Shown here piece by piece: positions 30,496-40,068 of a DNA stretch of 64,000 nt. A model generated the notes under the pieces. That model was not told the origin of the DNA. It did no database searches and worked only from the letters and a program-made list of their open reading frames with translations. A program made the translations under genes and the position numbers. How positions within the stretch are numbered: position 1 is the first letter of the stretch; the number at the start of each line of letters is the position of its first letter. This stretch comes from Bacilli bacterium (lineage in GTDB: Bacteria > Bacillota_I > Bacilli_A > RF39 > UBA660). The stretch spans positions 26 through 64,025 of the forward strand of contig JAGARQ010000016.1 of assembly GCA_017622175.1 (NCBI GenBank), read 5' to 3'.

Positions 30496-31872
30496 ATGAA
30501 TACAGAAAATACAAATGATCAAGTAGTCCAATTATATTTAGATGACATAATACCAAATAGATTTCAACCAAGAGAAGTTTTTGATGAAAAAGCATTAAAA
30601 GAATTAGCAGTTTCAATTAAAGAACATGGTGTTATTCAACCTATTATTGTCCGTAACGTTAAAGGTAAATATGAAATTATAGCTGGTGAAAGACGCTATA
30701 AAGCCTCTGCTTTAGCAGGTTTAACAAAGATACCTGCGATAATAAGAGACCTAGATGATAAAGAAAGTTCAAAAGTTGCACTTCTAGAAAATCTTCAAAG
30801 AAAAAATCTTACTCCAATAGAAGAAGCAAGAACATATCAAAAAATATTAGAGATTGATGAAATGACACAAGAAGATTTGGCAAGAACCATGGGTAAAAGC
30901 CAATCTGCAGTAGCAAACAAATTAAGACTTTTATCATTACCAGATGATGTTCAAGATTCGCTACTAAAAGAACAAATATCAGAAAGACATGCAAGAGCCT
31001 TGTTAAATATACCAGAAGCATCTCAACAAACTGAAATGCTAAAGAAAATAATTAATAACAAAATGAGTGTTCGTGCAGTTGAAGAAGAAATAAAAAGATT
31101 ATATTCAAAAGAAGATAATGAAGGTGTTGGTAACATGGAAAATCAAAGTGTTGGAATTCCGGAAAGTATTTCAATTCCATCTACAAAAACATTTATAAAT
31201 AGTAATCCATTAATGCCAACAAATGATATTCCAAATCCTCAAAATACAGGAATAAGTGAAATATCATCAATTCCGCCAATTGGTCCAGGATTACCAGGAT
31301 TTGTTGCTCCACAAGTTCCAACATCTCCAGCATCAGAACCTGCTAAATTTATTAATTATGCAGAAATTGACGATGATGACGATGAAGAACCACCAATGCA
31401 ATTTAATAATCCTGTTACATCAATTGATGTTAATAGTATAAGAAATAGTGCAGTGGATATTGGAACTCCAAAAGAAGAAAAAAGTATGCCATCAGCAGAC
31501 TTGGACAGTTTATTAAACTTACAAAATGTATCAGCAGGTCCTTCAGTAGGGAACTTGCCAGGAGTAAATTCATTTTTATCTCCAGCAGAAGAAATTGTTA
31601 AAACAGATGCATCTAAGCCAATGCCAAAAGAAAAAGCAGCTGACTATTTTAAAACAGCGGATTTTATTCCAAACGTTCCAAGTATGTCATCAAATCCAAC
31701 AATGAATTTGGGAATACCTGAAATTACATCACAAGGAAATTATGACGCTGAAACAGCATTACAAAAATTGAGAGATACAATTTCAGATTTAAAAGCTCAT
31801 GGTGTTAGAATTCATGCAGATGAAATGAATTTCGAAACATCATACCAAATAATTATTAAATTAGATAAGTAA
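30496..31872 (+). CDS. noc: Noc-like ParB-family nucleoid occlusion protein with a long Pro-rich internal insertion
   Basis: ParB N-terminal domain (IIPNRFQPREVF, GERRYKA). The HTH segment GKSQSAVANKLRLLSLP resembles B. subtilis Noc (GKGQSTIANKLRLLKLP, from memory). The C-terminal ETSYQIIIKLDK resembles the Noc C-terminus. It occupies the rsmG-noc-soj-spo0J position. Confidence 0.75.
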   Translation: MNTENTNDQVVQLYLDDIIPNRFQPREVFDEKALKELAVSIKEHGVIQPIIVRNVKGKYEIIAGERRYKASALAGLTKIPAIIRDLDDKESSKVALLENLQRKNLTPIEEARTYQKILEIDEMTQEDLARTMGKSQSAVANKLRLLSLPDDVQDSLLKEQISERHARALLNIPEASQQTEMLKKIINNKMSVRAVEEEIKRLYSKEDNEGVGNMENQSVGIPESISIPSTKTFINSNPLMPTNDIPNPQNTGISEISSIPPIGPGLPGFVAPQVPTSPASEPAKFINYAEIDDDDDEEPPMQFNNPVTSIDVNSIRNSAVDIGTPKEEKSMPSADLDSLLNLQNVSAGPSVGNLPGVNSFLSPAEEIVKTDASKPMPKEKAADYFKTADFIPNVPSMSSNPTMNLGIPEITSQGNYDAETALQKLRDTISDLKAHGVRIHADEMNFETSYQIIIKLDK

Positions 31873-31875
31873 TAA

Positions 31876-31901
31876 AAGTAGATAAAAATCTACTTTTTTT
31901 T
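31876..31901 (+). terminator. rho-independent terminator after noc
   Basis: AAGTAGAT-AAAA-ATCTACTT followed by a T-run. Confidence 0.75.
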
Positions 31902-31969
31902 ATAAAAGCATTTAAAAAAAAACATTTATTTGGTACAATTATAAAGTAAAATGGAAAATGGGTGATTAG

Positions 31970-32758
31970 ATGGGAAAGGTTATATCATTAGTAAATCAAA
32001 AAGGTGGAGTTGGTAAGACAACAACAAGTATCAATCTTTCTGCATCATTAGCAGTATTAGGGAAAAAAGTATTATTAATAGATTTAGACCCACAAGGAAA
32101 TACAACTACTGGTGTAGGAATTAACAAAGGAGATATAGAAAAAAGTGTATATGATGTTTTAATCGGAGAATGTACAGTAAAAGAAGCAATGATCAAAACA
32201 AAACATAAAAATTTGTATGTATTACCAGCAACAATTAATTTAGCAGGATTGGATATTGAATTAGTAGAAAAAAGTCATAGAGAAAACGGATTTGCAAAAG
32301 GTGAACAACTAAAAATACATTTAGCAGAAGTAATAGATGACTTTGATTTTATAATTTTAGATTGTCCACCATCATTAGGAATTATTACAACAAATGCATT
32401 AACAGCATCAAATTCAGTAATAATCCCAGTACAATGTGAATTCTTTGCACTAGAAGGAATAACACAATTATTAAAGACAATAATGTTAGCTCAAAAAACA
32501 TTGAATCCAACACTTGATATAGAAGGTGTATTACTTACAATGCTAGATTCAAGAACAAATTTAGGATTTGAAGTAGTAGATGACATTAGAAAATTCTTTA
32601 AAGAAAAAGTATATAATACAATAATTCCAAGATTAGTAAGATTGACAGAAGCTCCATCACACGGTGAGCCAATTGTGGCATACGATCCAAAAAGTAGAGG
32701 TTCAGAAGCTTACTTGAATTTAGCGAAGGAAGTGATTGCAAGAAATGGAAACAAATAA
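31970..32758 (+). CDS. soj: ParA-family chromosome partitioning ATPase Soj
   Basis: Deviant Walker A NQKGGVGKTTT. ParA core, 262 aa. Confidence 0.92.
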   Translation: MGKVISLVNQKGGVGKTTTSINLSASLAVLGKKVLLIDLDPQGNTTTGVGINKGDIEKSVYDVLIGECTVKEAMIKTKHKNLYVLPATINLAGLDIELVEKSHRENGFAKGEQLKIHLAEVIDDFDFIILDCPPSLGIITTNALTASNSVIIPVQCEFFALEGITQLLKTIMLAQKTLNPTLDIEGVLLTMLDSRTNLGFEVVDDIRKFFKEKVYNTIIPRLVRLTEAPSHGEPIVAYDPKSRGSEAYLNLAKEVIARNGNK

Positions 32759-33641
32759 TCCAAAAAGAAGAGCATTAGGAAGAGGTTTGGAGGAATTATT
32801 CTTTAATGAACCAATTGCTTATGATAAAGTTGAAGAAAAAATCATAACAGAAACTCCTAGCGAAGAAATTGTAAAAGTAAAATTATCAGAATTAAGAAGC
32901 AATCCATATCAACCAAGAAAAGTATTTGATGAAACAGCTTTACAAGAACTAGCGTCATCAATAAAAGAACATGGTGTATTTCAACCAATAATAATTAAGA
33001 AAAGCATAAAAGGATATGAAATAATTGCAGGTGAACGTCGTGTAAAAGCTTCAATCCTAGCTGGATTAGAAGAGATTCCAGCAATCATAAGAGACTTTAA
33101 TGATACAGAAATGATGGAAATTGCTTTACTAGAAAATCTTCAAAGAGAAAACTTAAATGCAGTAGAAGAGGCAACTGCATATAAAAAGTTAATAGAAACA
33201 TTAGCCCTTACTCAAGAAGAACTAGCAAAAAGATTGGGTAAAAGTAGAAGTCATATTACAAATATGATTGGCTTATTAACATTACCAGAAGATATTCAAT
33301 CACAAATTAGTGATAAGAAAATAACTATGGGACACGCAAGAGTACTAAGTAAATTAGATAGCCACGTTCAACAAAAAGAATTGGCTGAAAAGATTATCAA
33401 CGAAGGACTTAGTGTAAGACAACTTGAAGAATTAACAACATCAGATACAGAATATGCTAGAACAAAACAAATTAAGCGTAAAAACTCAGAATATAGTGAA
33501 TATCATTATATTCAAGAAGAATTATGCGAAAAATTTGGAACAAAAGTAAAAATTAAAAATAATAAAATTGAGATAAACTTTGTAAATGGAAGTGACTTAA
33601 ATAGAATATTAGAAGTCATGGGGATTATTCCAAGAGGATAA
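32745..33641 (+). CDS. spo0J: chromosome partitioning protein ParB/Spo0J
   Basis: RALGRGLEEL, GERRVKA and the HTH GKSRSHITNMIGLLTLP. The C-terminal KIEINFVNGSDLNRILEVM resembles B. subtilis Spo0J. I chose the ATG at 32745 over the TTG at 32736. Confidence 0.9.
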   Translation: METNNPKRRALGRGLEELFFNEPIAYDKVEEKIITETPSEEIVKVKLSELRSNPYQPRKVFDETALQELASSIKEHGVFQPIIIKKSIKGYEIIAGERRVKASILAGLEEIPAIIRDFNDTEMMEIALLENLQRENLNAVEEATAYKKLIETLALTQEELAKRLGKSRSHITNMIGLLTLPEDIQSQISDKKITMGHARVLSKLDSHVQQKELAEKIINEGLSVRQLEELTTSDTEYARTKQIKRKNSEYSEYHYIQEELCEKFGTKVKIKNNKIEINFVNGSDLNRILEVMGIIPRG

Positions 33642-33644
33642 AAC

Positions 33645-34463
33645 ATGATAAAAATACCAGGGATAATTACAATTGAACTTAAACATATTTTATTACCTAT
33701 TATTTTTATAGTAAGCGGAATTATTATATATAATATATTAAAAACTGCAATTACAAAATTATCTTTAAGTAAAACAAAAAGATTAAACGATGACCAACTT
33801 CAAAGAATTAAAACAGTAAATATGTTAATTATTAATATAATAAAATATATTATTGTAATTGTTATTGCCTTAGCAATCCTAGCATTATATGGAGTAAATG
33901 TTAATTCATTAGTTGCTGGATTAGGTATAACAGCCGCAATTATAGGACTTGCATTTCAAGATTTAGCAAAAGATTTAATTGCCGGAATTTTTATAATTAC
34001 AGAAGCTCAATATGAAGTAGGAGATACAATTGAAGTTGATGGTTTTATGGGAGAAGTCATCTCTTTAGGTTTAAAAACAACTCAAATTAGAAATTATAAA
34101 GGTGCAACAAAAATAATAGGAAACCATTACATGGATAATATGATTAATTATAGTCTTCATAATTCTTTAGCTGTAGTTGATGTTGGTACTGACTATGCTC
34201 ATTCTCCTGAAGAAGTAGAAGATGTACTAAATAAACTTGCAAAAGAACTAGAGGGAAAAATAAAAGATGCAAAAGGGGAATTGCAAATATGGGGAATTAA
34301 TGCATTGGATGATTCCTCGGTAGTTTATCGCGTTGCGATAGAAGTTAATTCAATGAAACAATTCGAAGTGGAAAGATTTTTAAGAAAGAAAATAAAAGAA
34401 GCCTTTGACAAAGAAAATATAAAAATACCTTTTCCACAAGTTGAGGTGCACAATGGAAAATAA
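33645..34463 (+). CDS. small-conductance mechanosensitive channel (MscS family)
   Basis: TM3 and beta-domain signature AFQDLAKDLIAGIFIITEAQYEVGDTIEVDGFMGEVISLGLKTTQIRN. Confidence 0.85.
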   Translation: MIKIPGIITIELKHILLPIIFIVSGIIIYNILKTAITKLSLSKTKRLNDDQLQRIKTVNMLIINIIKYIIVIVIALAILALYGVNVNSLVAGLGITAAIIGLAFQDLAKDLIAGIFIITEAQYEVGDTIEVDGFMGEVISLGLKTTQIRNYKGATKIIGNHYMDNMINYSLHNSLAVVDVGTDYAHSPEEVEDVLNKLAKELEGKIKDAKGELQIWGINALDDSSVVYRVAIEVNSMKQFEVERFLRKKIKEAFDKENIKIPFPQVEVHNGK

Positions 34464-34650
34464 TTTAAACTATGAATTAGGTACAAAAGTTGTAATGAAA
34501 AAACAACACCCATGTGGTGCTAATGAATGGGAAATCACAAGATTAGGAGCAGATATAAAAATTAAATGCTTGAATTGTGGAAGAACAATATTGATTCCTA
34601 GAATTGAATTTAACAAAAAAGTTAAAAAGATAATTTCCCAGGAAGGATAA
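34453..34650 (+). CDS. DUF951 (YyzM-like) small protein
   Basis: KKQHPCGANEWEITRLGADIKIKCLNCGRTILIPR matches the DUF951 pattern. Confidence 0.7.
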   Translation: MENNLNYELGTKVVMKKQHPCGANEWEITRLGADIKIKCLNCGRTILIPRIEFNKKVKKIISQEG

Positions 34651-34653
34651 TAT

Positions 34654-36249
34654 ATGAATGATAAAAGAAAATTAAAACTAAAAAAATTCTATCTTCATCC
34701 AATAACAACATTTTTATTATTAACAATACTTGTTATAGTATTAAGCGGAGTGTTTTCATTATTTGAAATGCAAGCAACTTATAATACTGTAAATATAAAT
34801 ACAAAAGAACTAGAGCCAACACTAATTACCGTAGATAATTTATTTAGCTTTAGTGGGTTACGTTATATATTAAGCAATGCAACTAAAAACTTTTTAAGCT
34901 TTGCTCCATTGGGAACATTGCTTATTTCACTATTTGCATTAACTGTTGCTGAAGCATCAGGATTTATAGAGACAGTAACAAAAAAATATTTATCAAAAAT
35001 ACCAAGACAAATATTTACGTTTATCGTACTATTTATTGCATCAACATCCTCACTGGTTAATGAAGTTGGTTATGCAATGTTAATTCCTTTAGTTGCTACA
35101 ATATACTTTATAAATAAAAGAAATCCAATTCTTGGAATAATAACAGCATTCTGTGGTGTGTCATTTGGATATGGAGTATCTTTATTTGTAGGTACACAAG
35201 AAATGTTATTAATGGATTATACAAAAAATGCAGCAATGCTAATAGACGAAACAACACATATTGCATTATCTTCGAATTTAATATTTTCAATAGTAGCAAC
35301 AATAATTTTATCAATAGTTGGAACGATAATTATTGAAAAAATCATTGCTCCAAAAATAGGAAAATATAAAAAAGAGGAAGAATTTGCTAATACAGAACAA
35401 TATAGTCCAATTAGTATTGAAGAAGAAGAACAAAAGCAAATAGAAAAAGAAAAAAGAGAAACAAAAGGTTTAAGAATAGCATTAATAGTTGGAGCAATTT
35501 ATGCCTTATTTACAATTTATGCTTTAATACCGGGATTACCTGGTTCTGGATTAATGCTTGATATGACAGAAAAAACCTACGCAAATCAAATATTTGGAGA
35601 AAAAGCATATTTCCAAAATGCATTTACATATTTAGTAGCGTTATTCTTTATTATTACTGGATTTTCATATACAATAGGTGCAAAGTCAGTAAAAAATGAT
35701 AAAGAATTGATAGAAAAAATAAATAATAAATTAACAAAAACAGGTTCTATATTTATTTTAATATTTGTGGTATCACAATTTATTGCAATCTTTAAAAAGA
35801 CAAACATCGGTATTGTAGTTACAACATGGTTAGCTAGTATACTAGAATATTTAGAAATGAATGGGATTGTTTTAATAATAGTAACTTTATTATTAATTGC
35901 ATTATCTGGATTATTGTTAACAAGTTCATCAACAAAGTGGGCTCTGTTCTCACCAATAGTTGTTCCAGTATTTATGCAAGCGAATATTTCTCCAGAATTT
36001 GCGCAAATTGTTATGAGAGCAGCAGATTCTATGACAAAAGGACTTACTCCATTGCTAGGATCATTTGTAATATATATCGGATACTTAAATATATATAATC
36101 TTAATAAAGAAAAACCAATAACAATAAGAAAATCATTAAAAATGATTTCACCATATTTCTTGCTTATTGCAGCAGTATGGATTGTACTAGTAATTGGATG
36201 GTACATAATAGGTTTACCAATTGGACCAGGAGTATATCCAACAATTTAA
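34654..36249 (+). CDS. AbgT family transporter (p-aminobenzoyl-glutamate / antimetabolite transporter family)
   Basis: NFLSFAPLGTLL near the N-terminus, and the C-terminal WYIIGLPIGPGVYPTI matches E. coli AbgT (WYLVGLPIGPGIYP, from memory). 531 aa, polytopic. Confidence 0.8.
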   Translation: MNDKRKLKLKKFYLHPITTFLLLTILVIVLSGVFSLFEMQATYNTVNINTKELEPTLITVDNLFSFSGLRYILSNATKNFLSFAPLGTLLISLFALTVAEASGFIETVTKKYLSKIPRQIFTFIVLFIASTSSLVNEVGYAMLIPLVATIYFINKRNPILGIITAFCGVSFGYGVSLFVGTQEMLLMDYTKNAAMLIDETTHIALSSNLIFSIVATIILSIVGTIIIEKIIAPKIGKYKKEEEFANTEQYSPISIEEEEQKQIEKEKRETKGLRIALIVGAIYALFTIYALIPGLPGSGLMLDMTEKTYANQIFGEKAYFQNAFTYLVALFFIITGFSYTIGAKSVKNDKELIEKINNKLTKTGSIFILIFVVSQFIAIFKKTNIGIVVTTWLASILEYLEMNGIVLIIVTLLLIALSGLLLTSSSTKWALFSPIVVPVFMQANISPEFAQIVMRAADSMTKGLTPLLGSFVIYIGYLNIYNLNKEKPITIRKSLKMISPYFLLIAAVWIVLVIGWYIIGLPIGPGVYPTI

Positions 36250-36268
36250 CACCAATCGGTGTTTTTTT
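36248..36268 (+). terminator. rho-independent terminator after abgT
   Basis: AACACC-AATC-GGTGTT followed by a T-run. Confidence 0.6.
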
Positions 36269-36322
36269 GTTGCTATAAAATCAAATAAAAGATATAATAT
36301 AGCACGAAAAGCAGGGGATAAG

Positions 36323-36910
36323 ATGAAAAGAAATATTTGTATAAGACCAATATCAAGAAAAGATAAAGGTAACTATCTAAAACTATTTAATTCAGAAGAT
36401 TTTGGTTGTATTGGTATTAATTCTGATTTGAAACCATCAATATATGAAGAAGAAAAAATATTAGACGGAGTAATTGAAGAAACAATTTTATCAACAAGAG
36501 TACTTGTCATAGAGGATAATAATGAATTCATAGGATATACATCGGTTTCCAGATCAAGTGAACACACGTATCATATTGGACAATTTGTTATAAGAAAAGA
36601 TAAACGAGGACAAGGGTATGGAAAAATATTAATGGAGGAAGTAAAAAAGTATGCTGCAACAGAAGATTGTGATATAAATTTAGAATGTATAAGTAATGCA
36701 ACTGGTTTCTTCCAAAGACAAGGATTCGTTAAAGGACATTCTTCTTCATTTTCATATCCAAGAAAAAGAAATTTACTAAAAAGAAAGCAACCTTTGTTTC
36801 CAAGTTATGAATTAATATGTCAAGAAAGAGATGAACGAAACAAGAATGAAATTAAGTCTTTTAAAAAATTTTTAGATTCTCCGCTATTTAAAGAAATAAT
36901 GAAATTATGA
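36323..36910 (+). CDS. GNAT family N-acetyltransferase
   Basis: Motif A IRKDKRGQGYGKILMEEV. I chose the ATG at 36323, which follows an AGGGGA RBS. The ORF-track start overlaps the abgT terminator. Confidence 0.7.
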   Translation: MKRNICIRPISRKDKGNYLKLFNSEDFGCIGINSDLKPSIYEEEKILDGVIEETILSTRVLVIEDNNEFIGYTSVSRSSEHTYHIGQFVIRKDKRGQGYGKILMEEVKKYAATEDCDINLECISNATGFFQRQGFVKGHSSSFSYPRKRNLLKRKQPLFPSYELICQERDERNKNEIKSFKKFLDSPLFKEIMKL

Positions 36911-36945
36911 TATAATATACATAGATAAAGAAAAGAGGTATAAAA

Positions 36946-38046
36946 ATGAGTTTAACAGCAGGTATAGTAGGATTACCAAACGTAGGAAAATCAACATTAT
37001 TTAATGCAATTACAAATCAAAAAATATTAGCAGAAAATTATCCATTTGCAACTATAGAACCAAACGTAGGAGTTGTAACAGTTCCAGACGAAAGAATGGA
37101 TAAATTAAATGAAATGTATGAACCAAATAAATTTATCCCAACAGCATATGAATTTACAGATATAGCCGGCTTAGTAAAAGGGGCATCACAAGGAGAAGGT
37201 TTAGGAAATAAATTCTTATCTCATATCAGAGAAGTTGATGCTATTGTTGAAGTTGTAAGATGTTTTGATGATGGGAAAATTATTCACGTAGATGGTGCAC
37301 CAGATCCAATCAGAGATATTGAAACAATAAATTTAGAATTAGCAATTGCAGATTTAGATGTTATTAATAATAGATTAGAAAGAGTTGCTAAAAAAGCTAG
37401 AACAACAAAAAATAAGGATGATATAACAGAAGTAGAAGCTTTAGAAAAATCAAAAGCAGCCTTATTGGAAAATAAACCATTACGCCAAGTTGAATATAGT
37501 GATGATGAATTAAAACTACTAAAATCTTATAGTTTTTTAACACTTAAACCTATTATATATTTAGCAAATATAAAAGAAGATGAACTTGGTAATCCAGATA
37601 ATGATTACGTAAAACAAGTAAAAGAGTATGCATCAAAAGAAAATGCGAAAGTAGTAAGTTTATGTGCAAAAGTAGAAGAAGAACTAAGTGAATTATCAAA
37701 GGAAGATAAACAAGAAATGTTAGAAGGACTAGGATTAGATGGTTCAGGACTTGATAAACTAATAACAGCTACTTATGATATTTTAGGTTTAGCCACATAC
37801 TTTACAGTAGGTAAAGATGAAGTAAGAGCATGGACTTTTAAAAAGGGAATGAATGCAAAGCAATGTGCAGGAATTATTCATACAGATTTTGAAAAAGGAT
37901 TCATCAGAGCTGAGGTTATGTCTTATGAAGATTTAATAGCTTGCGGTAGTGAACTAAAAGTAAAAGAAGCTGGAAAAGCAAGATTAGAAGGAAAAGATTA
38001 TATTATGCAAGACGGAGATATCTGTCACTTTAGATTTAATGTCTAA
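36946..38046 (+). CDS. ychF: ribosome-binding ATPase YchF
   Basis: GIVGLPNVGKSTLFNA, the TGS-like C-terminus and the GDICHFRFNV ending. Confidence 0.95.
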   Translation: MSLTAGIVGLPNVGKSTLFNAITNQKILAENYPFATIEPNVGVVTVPDERMDKLNEMYEPNKFIPTAYEFTDIAGLVKGASQGEGLGNKFLSHIREVDAIVEVVRCFDDGKIIHVDGAPDPIRDIETINLELAIADLDVINNRLERVAKKARTTKNKDDITEVEALEKSKAALLENKPLRQVEYSDDELKLLKSYSFLTLKPIIYLANIKEDELGNPDNDYVKQVKEYASKENAKVVSLCAKVEEELSELSKEDKQEMLEGLGLDGSGLDKLITATYDILGLATYFTVGKDEVRAWTFKKGMNAKQCAGIIHTDFEKGFIRAEVMSYEDLIACGSELKVKEAGKARLEGKDYIMQDGDICHFRFNV

Positions 38047-38080
38047 AGTCTTTTTCTTTATATAGAAAGGAGGAGAAAAT

Positions 38081-38854
38081 ATGGAGTCAAAAATTAAAAT
38101 ATTTGAGTCTGGGATTGAAGAAGGTATAATGTCTAGAAATAAAAAGTTTTATAAAGATGGAACATCGGAAGAAGAAATTAATAAATTATTCCTTGAAGTT
38201 AGAAAAAAAATAGGTAATAAATATGGCTTTGATGGTAAAAAAATGTTTCAAGCATTACAAAAAACAGAAATAAATAAAATAGACTATCCAGATGGAAAAT
38301 ATCACGTAATTAATGAAGAAGATATAAATCGCGAAGACTTGTGGTATGTAGAAATACCGACAGATATACTAATTTTAAAGGAAAAATATAAAAATATTGT
38401 AGTAGGAAATCAAATGGCTGATTGTCCAATATTAATAGTAGAAGATAGAAAAAAGGGGGTTACTGCATTATCTCATTGTGGTGCCCCATATATAAATAGA
38501 AAATTACCATACCAAACAGCAGAAGCCTTAATTAAAGAATTTAATAGTAATCCAGAAGACTTATATGCATATATTGGAAGTAATTCAAAAAAAGAAAGTT
38601 ATATTTACGATAGATATCCAGCTTGGGCTACAAATGAAGATGTATGGGATGGATATATAACGGAAGAAAATAAAGATTTTCATATTGATATGGAAGGTGC
38701 AATGCTAAAGCAAATGCATGCTTTAGGAATTAAAAATATTGAAATAAGCCAAATTGATACAGTAACAGATGATAGATATTATTCACATAGTGCATTTTCG
38801 AAAGGAAATATAAGTAAAAAAGGACAAAATTTCGTAGGATTTTTTTATAAATAG
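38081..38854 (+). CDS. divergent DUF152/YfiH(PgeF)-like protein
   Basis: MADCPILIVEDRKKGVTALSHCGAPY aligns with the PgeF TADC..P....HAGWRG region. The C-terminal YYSHSA...GQNFVGFFYK resembles FFSYRRD...GR. The GWRG motif is not conserved. Confidence 0.45.
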   Translation: MESKIKIFESGIEEGIMSRNKKFYKDGTSEEEINKLFLEVRKKIGNKYGFDGKKMFQALQKTEINKIDYPDGKYHVINEEDINREDLWYVEIPTDILILKEKYKNIVVGNQMADCPILIVEDRKKGVTALSHCGAPYINRKLPYQTAEALIKEFNSNPEDLYAYIGSNSKKESYIYDRYPAWATNEDVWDGYITEENKDFHIDMEGAMLKQMHALGIKNIEISQIDTVTDDRYYSHSAFSKGNISKKGQNFVGFFYK

Positions 38855-38857
38855 GGG

Positions 38858-38955
38858 TGGACAAATAAGATACCATTTGATATAATACATCCGAGTATTT
38901 AAAATACTCCTTGCCACAAAAGTGGCCGAAAAGTCCAAAAGGAGGTGTGTCAAAG
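38858..38955 (+). promoter_or_regulatory. putative promoter and structured 5' leader of the rpsF-ssb-rpsR operon
   Basis: TGGACA (38858-38863), a 17-nt spacer, then TATAAT (38881-38886). Two hairpins follow: GAGTAT..ATACTC (38893-38909) and GCCAC-AAAA-GTGGC (38913-38926). This could be an S6:S18 autoregulatory leader, but I have not verified that. Confidence 0.45.
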
Positions 38956-39243
38956 ATGAATAAATATGAAATCATGTTCATTGTTAGACCAGATATGGAA
39001 GAAGCAGAAATCAAGAATACTGCAGAAGAAGTTAAAAAGGTTTTAACAGAAAAAAATGCAACAATCGTTGAAGAAAAAGCTATGGGACAAAGAGAACTAG
39101 CTTATGAAATCAACAAATTTCAAACAGGATACTACTACTTATTCGTAGTTGAAGCAGAATCAGCAGCAGTTAAAGAATTTGATCGTGTTGCTAGAATCAA
39201 TGAAAGTCTACTTCGTCATTTAGTTGTAAAAGTAGAAGACTAA
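38956..39243 (+). CDS. rpsF: 30S ribosomal protein S6
   Basis: MNKYEIMFIVRPDMEE... with a GGAGG RBS. Confidence 0.95.
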   Translation: MNKYEIMFIVRPDMEEAEIKNTAEEVKKVLTEKNATIVEEKAMGQRELAYEINKFQTGYYYLFVVEAESAAVKEFDRVARINESLLRHLVVKVED

Positions 39244-39259
39244 GAAAAAGAGGTATGTT

Positions 39260-39745
39260 ATGAACAAAGTATTTTTAATAGGAAGATTAACAAGAGATCC
39301 TGAATTGAGATATACAGGAAGCAACATTCCAACAGCTACATTTTCAATTGCTGTAAATAGAAACTTTACAAATCAAGCAGGAGAAAGAGAAGCTGATTTC
39401 ATCAATATAATCGTTTGGAGAAAACAAGCTGAAAATTGTAAAAACTATCTTACAAAAGGTAGCCAAGTTGCAATAGAGGGTCGTATTCAAACAAGAAATT
39501 ACGATGGACAAGATGGAAAGAAAGTATATGTTACTGAAGTTGTTGCAGATAACGTTGAATTTTTAGGATCACGTAATTCCTCAGGAAATTCTAATAACAT
39601 GAATGGTTCAGCTGATTATAATGCAGGACCAAGTCCTTATGATTTTGGAGGAGCTCCAGAACCAAAAGGAACAGACGTAGACAGTAATCCGTTTGCTGAC
39701 TTCGGTGCAAGTATCGAAATTAGTGATGACGAATTACCATTCTAA
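39260..39745 (+). CDS. ssb: single-stranded DNA-binding protein
   Basis: MNKVFLIGRLTRDPELRYT OB-fold and the acidic tip DDELPF. Confidence 0.95.
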   Translation: MNKVFLIGRLTRDPELRYTGSNIPTATFSIAVNRNFTNQAGEREADFINIIVWRKQAENCKNYLTKGSQVAIEGRIQTRNYDGQDGKKVYVTEVVADNVEFLGSRNSSGNSNNMNGSADYNAGPSPYDFGGAPEPKGTDVDSNPFADFGASIEISDDELPF

Positions 39746-39765
39746 TCTAAAAAGGAGGATTTAAA

Positions 39766-39981
39766 ATGGCAGAATTCAATCGTAGAAAGAAAAAAATCTG
39801 TATGATGTGTGCTGGTAAAACAGTTGATTATAAAGACGTTGAAACTCTAAGAAGATATACAAATGAAAAGGGTAAAATCGTTCCAAGAAGAGTAACTGGA
39901 ACTTGCGCATTACATCAAAGACATGTTTCAAAACAAGTAAAAAGAGCACGTGCAATCGCATTAATGCCTTATTCAAGATAA
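39766..39981 (+). CDS. rpsR: 30S ribosomal protein S18
   Basis: [32 protein letters not shown]. Confidence 0.95.
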   Translation: MAEFNRRKKKICMMCAGKTVDYKDVETLRRYTNEKGKIVPRRVTGTCALHQRHVSKQVKRARAIALMPYSR

Positions 39982-39984
39982 TAA

Positions 39985-40010
39985 GTAGCCTAATTACAGG
40001 CTGCTTTTTT
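39985..40010 (+). terminator. rho-independent terminator after rpsR
   Basis: GTAGCCT-AATTAC-AGGCTGC followed by T6. Confidence 0.7.
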
Positions 40011-40068
40011 GTTTTACAAACTTCCCAATGTATTATATAATAAAAGTGATACTTTAAAGGAGGTCTAT

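Noticed and set aside
30809-31441. Alternative-frame ORFs within the noc-like gene (30809-31021 minus, 31256-31441 plus)
   Set aside because: They are embedded in the ParB-family reading frame. They are Leu/His/Gln-rich low-complexity artefacts of the repeat-like Pro-rich region.
34632-34645. NBS-like AATTTCCCAGGAAG at the end of the DUF951 gene
   Set aside because: The right arm is degenerate, so only one half-site is convincing.
35586-36206. 206-aa ORF antisense to the AbgT transporter gene
   Set aside because: It lies entirely within a well-supported gene on the opposite strand. It has hydrophobic low-complexity composition typical of antisense frames, and no RBS.
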